Below, piece after piece: positions 57,176-64,000 of a DNA stretch of 64,000 nt. The DNA lies in the NCBI GenBank assembly GCA_951406725.2, contig OX597816.1, positions 164,982,001 through 165,046,000 of the forward strand. Reading direction: 5' to 3'. Each line of letters opens with the position of its first letter. Positions within the stretch are counted from its first letter, which is position 1. Made by a program: the position numbers and the translations under genes. The notes beneath the pieces are model-generated. The model had not been told where the DNA came from. It saw only the letters and a program-made list of their open reading frames with translations, and searched no databases. This stretch comes from Octopus vulgaris (Eukaryota).

Positions 57176-58192
57176 TTAAGTTGTATGTATATATATGCAT
57201 GAGTTCAAGTGGGGTAAAACAATTGACTTTATAGTAGTGTATTAAAAAAAACAGTCGGTATCTTATATAACTTGTTTAATGATAAGCCGTTTCTTTTCTT
57301 TGGCGGTGAATTTGGTAAACAGAAACATTAAACGCATTGCATTGATTTTTCTCTGGTACAGGAAGAAGACCAAATGCCTGGCAATTTTTCTGTCATATTT
57401 GCTGCTAACTCTAGAATTTTTGTGAAATAAGTATCTGTGCATTATACCCAAAGAATGGATGAAATTAAACTTGTACACACAAACGTCGACCATCGCTAAT
57501 AAATCGTTTATTGCATAAATAGAAGCACATAAACTAATGCTGCGCAGGATCAAGGAGAGACCTGCATTGCAATTTCCTGGCATTTATATAAAGGAGAAGA
57601 TATTACTCTTTGATGTATTTATTAAGCGTAAACGATAGGTATTGAAATAAAACCTCCATATTTTGCGATGATGCTTGATTTGTGGCTTTCTGTATTTACA
57701 TATACACGGAAACAGACAAACGCAGCACACATAGACAAGGACACACTTATACAAACTAATAAACACACACATATATACGTGTATATATATATATATGTGT
57801 GTAAAATGCTTATACACACATATATAACGTATAAATACAGATATATATCGTCTATATCTTTCTAACAAAATAATATATATATATATCGATTAAGAAGCAC
57901 AGGATTTAAATGTGAGCTACTATAAGTTTCATGCTCTGATAGTACAATAATCGGACAAGCTTGTATAGCGCGCTGTGAACTATCCTGTCATCTTTCAGGC
58001 TCAAAATACGACATGGCTTCTCTCGAAGAAAAAAGGCCTTTTCGTCAGAGAACATATGTGTGTGTGTGTGTGTGTGTGTGTGTATCTATATATGTATGCA
58101 TATATACATACATACACACATATACTCATGTATGTAAATATGCATATCAATCGATCAATGTATGTATGTATGTATGTATGTATGTATGTATG

Positions 58193-58227
<35 letters not shown>

Positions 58228-58231
<4 letters not shown>

Positions 58232-58418
58232 AGAGTTTACGAAAAGAAAACAAAAGACGAAGACAGGTGGTGTACAAAACAAACAGATGTATTAGTATAA
58301 CGCTCAGGAATAGAAAAAGTCTTTTACTTTTCGAGCCGAAGCTCTTCTACAGAAAGGGACACAGAAAAAAACGAGAGAAACAAGGAGAGAAAAAATGTGT
58401 GTAGTGGCTAACGATCTA
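58228..58418 (-). mobile_element. Solo Penelope terminal repeat in (TA)n
   Basis: Near-identical to the reverse complement of 63295-63468. Confidence 0.8.
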
Positions 58419-59079
58419 CATACACACACTACATTCATTAAAATGAATATATGCATAGATATATATAGGTATATAGGCATACGAGGGATGAAGTTAGGCT
58501 GGGAAACTAGAGAAGATGTGGTTTAAAATCAACACATATGAGGAAAGTTGGACACCACCCGACAAAAGATACAGGTGTAAGTAACTCCCACTTAAAATAT
58601 ACTCAGAATAAGACTATCGAAAACCTAATTGTTCAATTCACTTCAAAGGCTCTTAGTGCTAACACCTTGAAGATAGCTCCACGAATAACTTTATGTTGAA
58701 CGAGCTCATTATACAATCGAACAACAGGATGCAACCGGATACCTAAGATATCTTTACAAAAGATACACGTATCCATGCAATAGAAACACGTATCGGACAT
58801 TCTAAGATATCTATACAATAGAAACACGTGTCGGACAGAGAGTTAAAGTGTACATATTGTAAATAATACTGTAATATGAAAGGTTTGTAAATGTAAAGTT
58901 TTTCCATTCTGTTTTTTTTTAAGGTTTTAGATATAAAATCCAATGAAGCGGACTCAAGATTTACCAATCGGCTGAAAAATCATGTAATTGTTTACCTTAA
59001 ACAATTTCCCATTGTTCGATATCATACGATGTGGTTAGCCAGAATAGAGTACTTGTAACATTGTAACGTACATGCCCGG

Positions 59080-59142
<63 letters not shown>

Positions 59143-59187
59143 TATCTAACATAAACAGGACAATTGGTTAAATCTTACGGATCTCAA

Positions 59188-59241
<54 letters not shown>

Positions 59242-59339
59242 CGGGAAGCTTTATGAAAATAGACAAAAGACGAAGGCAGGTGGAAAACAAACAAACAATT
59301 GTATTAGTATGGCGCTCAGGAAATATAAATAAAACAAGT

Positions 59340-59375
59340 CTTTAACGTTTCGAGCCTACGCTCTTCAACAGAAAG
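59340..59375 (-). ncRNA. Variant minimal hammerhead ribozyme motif
   Basis: The minus strand reads CTTT-CTGTTGAA-GAGC(GTAG)GCTC-GAAACGTT-A-AAG. Also at about 42188-42223, 58321-58357 and 35712-35745. Confidence 0.6.
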
Positions 59376-59559
59376 ATACACAGAGAGAAAAAAAACACAG
59401 AAAGAAGGAGAGAAAAAAAATGCGTGCAGTAACTAACGAATCAACATGGCGATCTGATTTCGGCCAGAAGTCAAAGATCAAACATGAGACGCGAGAGCGA
59501 AATAAGGGGAGATAATAGGGTTGATAATAGGGTTGAATGACCACCTATTAGTGGAGGGG

Positions 59560-59895
59560 TCTGGACGTGTGTATGTGTAGTGTTGGTGTATCTATTAGTA
59601 TGTATTAGTATGTATAAGGGTGTGTGTGTGTGTGTGTGTGTATGAGAGAGTATTAGTGCGTAGGATAGGTCTGGACAGGCGTATGTATGGGGTTGGTGTA
59701 TGTATTAGTATGTATTAGTATGTATTAGTACGTATTAGTATGTATAAGTGTGTGTGTGTGTGTGTATGAGAAAGTATAAGTGCGTATGAGGGGTCTGGAC
59801 GTGTGTATGTATAGGGTTGGTGTATGTATTAGTATGTATTAGTATGTATTAGTACGTATTAGTATGTATTAGTTGGTGTATGTATTAGTATGGCA
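59560..59895. repeat. (GTATTAGTAT)n minisatellite in a ~110-130-bp higher-order triplication within the PLE 3'UTR
   Basis: GGTCTGGAC..GTTGGTGTA..(GTATTAGTAT)n occurs three times. Confidence 0.85.
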
Positions 59896-62800
59896 CATCA
59901 TATATGATGTGATGTGTAAAGTCGTGTGGTGTAGTGAGGAGAAGAGGGGGAGGGGAGAAGAGGGGGGAGAAGAGGGGGAGAAGGGGAGGGGAGGAGAGGG
60001 GGGAAGAGGAGAGGATGGGAGAAGGAAGGGGAGGAAGGAGGAAAGAGGGCAAGGGGAGGGGGAGAGAGAGGGGGAGAGAGAGGGGGAGAGAGAAGGGGAG
60101 TGAGGGAGCAGAGGGAAGGGGAAGAGGGAAGGAGGGAGGGAGAAAGAGGGAAGAAGGGAAGGGGAGTAGGGGTGAAAGGATGAAGGACTGAAGAAGTAGA
60201 GGTCGGGGGGAAGGATAGGTGAGGAGGGGGGAGAGGGGGTTAGATGAGGAGGGGGGGAGAGTTGAGACCAAATGGCGTATAAGAGCGAAGAGAGAAGATT
60301 AATTCCTGTTCACGGCGCAAACGGGAATCCGGATGGCCTCTGTGTAAGGACAAACCGAACACAGATAGGTGTTGGAAGGAGTGACCGGTGGAGCGGAAAT
60401 GGCGTGAGACCGGTGTGTCGTTCGCAAGGTGGATGTCACGAAGGTGTTCCGCAAACCGGTCAGCCAAGCGGCGCCCCGTTTGTCCGATGTACAAGGAATT
60501 GCAGAGAGAGCAAGAGACGCAATAGATAATATTGCTGGAGGTGCAGGTGAAGGAGTGGATGATGGGATAGGGTCGATGGTGGGTGCTAGTGAGGCGGGTG
60601 GTGTTGGAGAGGTAAGGGCAAGTGCGGCAACGTGGGCGAGAGCAGGGGAACGAGCCGGGTTGGGAGGTAGGGTCAGGGAAGGAGCTATGGACCAAAAGGT
60701 CTCGAAGGTTGTGGGCTCGTTTGAAAGAGTGGAGGGGTCGGTTAGGGAAGAGGTGTGAAGTGGACGGGTCGGACTGGAGATGACGGAAAGCTCGAAGAAT
60801 GGTGCGTTGGAGACGTAGGGTCGTGGGGTGGTAAGTGAGGGGAAAAGGGAGGCGGGAGACTACAGGGCGGGTTCGGGGAGAGAGAGCAGATACACGGTCC
60901 ACGGACCGTGCTCTGGCAAGGGCGGTGTGGGTAGTGGTGAGGGGATATCCACGTAGGGTGAAGTGGTGAGCCATACGTTGAGACTGAGTCTCAAAGTCAT
61001 GGTCGTCACTACAGAGCCTACGTAGACGGAGGAATTGGGAATAGGGGATGGAAAGCTTGGTGTGTTCTGGGTGGGAGGAAGAGAAGTTGAGGTATGAGTG
61101 TGAGTCTGTGTGTTTGTAGTGAATGGAGGTGGTAAGAGTGGAGTGAAGAATGCTAACCGAAATGTCGAGGAAGGAGACAGAGGTGTTGGAGATAGTGGAA
61201 GTGAAGTGGAGGGCTGGATGGAAAGATTGGACGAAAGAGAGGAAGGAATCTAGATGTCGTCAATGTAACGACCATATAGTTCAGGAGTGAGACCAGTGAA
61301 ATTAGAGAATAGTTGGGCCTCAACATAGCCAACGAACAGGTTCGCATAGTTGGGGCCCATTCGCGTTCCCATGGCCACTCCCGAGACCTGATGGTAGAAC
61401 TCGCCCGCGAACGAGAAGCAGTTCAGAGTAAGGACAAGTTCGGCCAGACGAATGAGTGTGGAGGTGTCAGGTACAGGGTTAGAGCGGAGGTCAAGAAAGT
61501 GTCGAAGGGCCTGCAGTCCTTCGTGGTGAGGGATAACAGTATAGAGGCTTTGGATGTCCATAGTAAAAAGGATTTTGGAGGAGCCGGGAGGAAAGGAGAA
61601 AGAGTTGAAAAGCCGGAGAGCATGGTTGGTATCGTGGATGTGGGAGGGAAGAGATGCCACTAGGGGGGCAAGGACACGGTCGAGGTATTTAGAGATGAGC
61701 TCCGTGGGGCAGTTACAGGCGGAGACGATGGGGCGGCCAGGGTTGTTGGGTTTGTGGATTTTGGGGAGGAAGTAAATGGTGGGGGTACGTGGGGTTCGCA
61801 CAATTAGGTTGGATTCGGTGCGGGGGAGACGGGAGGACGAGATGAGGTCGCGGACAGTAGAGGATACCGTCTGTTGGTAGCTACGTGTGGGGTTAGAGGG
61901 CAGAGGGGAATAGAAGGAGGTGTCATTGAGTTGGCGGAAAGCCTCGGCCCTATAGAGGTCCGCGCGCCACACCACTACAGCTCCACCCTTGTCAGCCGGT
62001 TTGATGATAATGTCAGCGCGCCGTTGGAGGGAACGAAGAGCCAAGAGCTCAGCCGGGGAGATGTTGAGGCGGCGTTGGCGCCTGGAGAAGTTGAACCGCT
62101 CCAATGCACGCTGACAAGCGCCCGCGAAAAGATCCACTGCTAGGATCTGGCCAGGGGCAGGCGTCCACGGGGATGGTCGGCGGCCCAGGCCAGTGAAGCA
62201 GTCCTCTTCGTTGGGTGTGGGTGGCGAGTCGTGGTAATGCGCACCCAACCGGACGCGGCGCACAAAGCTGTGGACATCAACTCGCGTCTGGAATTCCTTA
62301 CAGGATGGAGTGAGGGGGATGAAACGCAGACCCCTACCAAGGACGGAGCGTTCAGCCGCAGAGAGGGGAAGATCGGGGGGAATGGTAACAACAGACGGAA
62401 GTGGAGAAGGGGTGGGTGGAATAGAAGTAGGAGGGGTGGTAGGTCTCGTGGAGGTCTGAGGGGGAGGGATTGGGGAGGTGTGTGGGGGTGGTGGGGGAGC
62501 AGTAGGGTTAGGTGTAGGTGGATGGAGCCTATCGGGAGGGGAGAAGGTGTTGTAGGGAGGGGCAGTGGGGTTAGGTGTGGGTGGATGGAGCCTATCGGGA
62601 GGGGAGAAGGGTGGTGGAGGAGTTGGGGTAGTGGCGTCGGGTAGGGTGGAATGGAAGAGTGATTGGAGTTTACGAAGTTTGGTATCAGAAAGAAATTGAT
62701 GGAAGAGTTGATTCAAATGGATAATGAAGCGTAGCGTGTTTGGAGCATAGAGAGGCGGCAGAGAGGAGAAGAAGGTGGAGAAAGCAGGAGGAGAAGGCGG

Positions 62801-63237
62801 TTGATGGCATGTAGTTTAGAGAGATTGGAGCGAATGGTGGCCCGCATAAGGCGGTAAGATGTGGTGCGGAGTATGGGTAAGATGGAAGAATCCGAGTGGA
62901 GAGCAGGGTGGAAGTGGAGGCGGAAACCTTTAGGGATGAATCGGTGATGTAGGCAGCGGCTTAGGAAAGAGACATGGCTTGAGAAGCGGGTTTTTTAAAA
63001 AGAAGTAGAGAGAGATTAACGGACGGCTGAAGGCAATATACAGGAAGTGAACGGAGATGATCCTTCAAACGATGATGGAGGGTGAGGAGGTAGGACCTAG
63101 GATCCGGCATGATGGGATAGCGGAAAAAAAACAAACGTTCGAAAAAACAAAAAAAACAAAAAACAAAAAATTATCGTATGAAAAAAATAGAAAAAAAGGG
63201 ATAGCGAAAAAAGTGTGTGTGTGTGTGTTGTGTGTGT

Positions 63238-63294
<57 letters not shown>

Positions 63295-63297
<3 letters not shown>

Positions 63298-63465
63298 CCA
63301 CTACACACATTTTTCCTCTCCTTGTTTTTTTCTGTGTTCCTTTCTGTAGAAGAGCGTAGGCTCGAAACGTAAAAGACCTTTTCTATTTCTGAGCGTTATA
63401 CTAATACATCTGTTTGTTTTGTACACCACCTGTCTTCGTCTTTTGTTTTTTTTTTCGTAAACTCT

Positions 63466-63468
<3 letters not shown>
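63295..63468 (+). mobile_element. Penelope terminal repeat, inverted relative to the adjacent element
   Basis: Reverse complement of 58228-58418. Ends in (TA)n. Confidence 0.8.
63340..63375 (+). ncRNA. Variant minimal type-I hammerhead ribozyme motif
   Basis: CTTT-CTGTAGAA-GAGC(GTAG)GCTC-GAAAC-GT-A-AAAG gives stem I, a variant core, stem II and a palindromic ACGT stem III. PLE termini are known to carry minimal hammerheads. Confidence 0.6.
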
Positions 63469-63519
<51 letters not shown>

Positions 63520-63956
63520 CTTGAGTAAATGCGCTAAGCAGTGTTTACGTATAATCACAAAGGTTAGCTGAAATATGTTTTTTAGAGTATTTGCCTTTAG
63601 CAGTTGAAATGTGTGAGAAACATATTTTAGCTAACCTAAGTTGTGAATATATATATATATCGTGCGTGTGTATTTATGCAATCTATATATTCATACACAT
63701 ACGCACACAATATACATGCATATATACTTATATGTATGATTACATATATTTACACATGCCTTAAAACATGCATAATACACATGTACATATGTACATGAAT
63801 TATGTATATATATGTAGGTATGTGCTTATATAAGCGTTAGTGCGTACGTATTTATAAACAGTTATGACTACATACATAGATACACGCATGTATATATGGA
63901 TATACTACCTAAATACATCCATATATTCAATATATATTACATAAGTACATATACGT

Positions 63957-64000
<44 letters not shown>

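Larger units (their letters stand above)
59241..63210 (-). mobile_element. Near full-length Penelope-like element (Neptune-type): RT and GIY-YIG endonuclease
   Basis: RT motifs KPADKGGAVV, YFLPKIHK, GRPIVS, MDIQSLYT, GVAMGTRMGP and RYIDD. Cys linker PCSRPRCRTCP. Nuclease NIIYCVSCSLCNSLYIGQTGRRLADRFAEH..GLN. There is a deletion/frameshift right after YIDD and further frameshifts upstream of 62716. Confidence 0.95.

Noticed and set aside
57263-57600. 106-aa ORF preceded by TATATAAA on the minus strand
   Set aside because: There is no domain signature, the TATA overlaps the ATG, and such motifs are common in AT-rich DNA.

Overview
This window is eukaryotic, AT-rich animal DNA saturated with microsatellites and transposons. 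The SINE and LINE families look like those of Octopus (inference from remembered repeat families, not checked). One host gene can be reconstructed on the minus strand across about 36 kb. It is a secreted S1A (trypsin-fold) serine protease with four exons in view: a signal-peptide exon (35927-36043), a 146-codon acidic Ser/Thr/Asn-rich exon (21782-22220), an activation/His exon reading CG..RRKR|VIGG..AAHC (2350-2560) and the next catalytic-domain exon (286-419). The gene continues off the left edge. Its introns and the upstream region hold R4/Dong RLE-LINEs stacked in (TAA)n, including one nearly intact copy, plus a non-coding TAA-targeted passenger element. Also present are a CR1-like LINE and Penelope-like elements in (TA)n, and L1/Tx1-like 3' ends in (GATA)n. 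The rest comprises RTE fragments, three tRNA-derived SINE families, hAT and mariner MITEs and a Helitron end. The most notable observations are: a furin-type site directly at the protease activation bond; variant minimal hammerhead-ribozyme motifs in the Penelope termini; two SINE-LINE 3'-tail pairings visible within the window; a SINE multimer flanked by one 18-bp target-site duplication; and partitioning of retroelement families by microsatellite type. Most ORFs in the supplied track are microsatellite artefacts.
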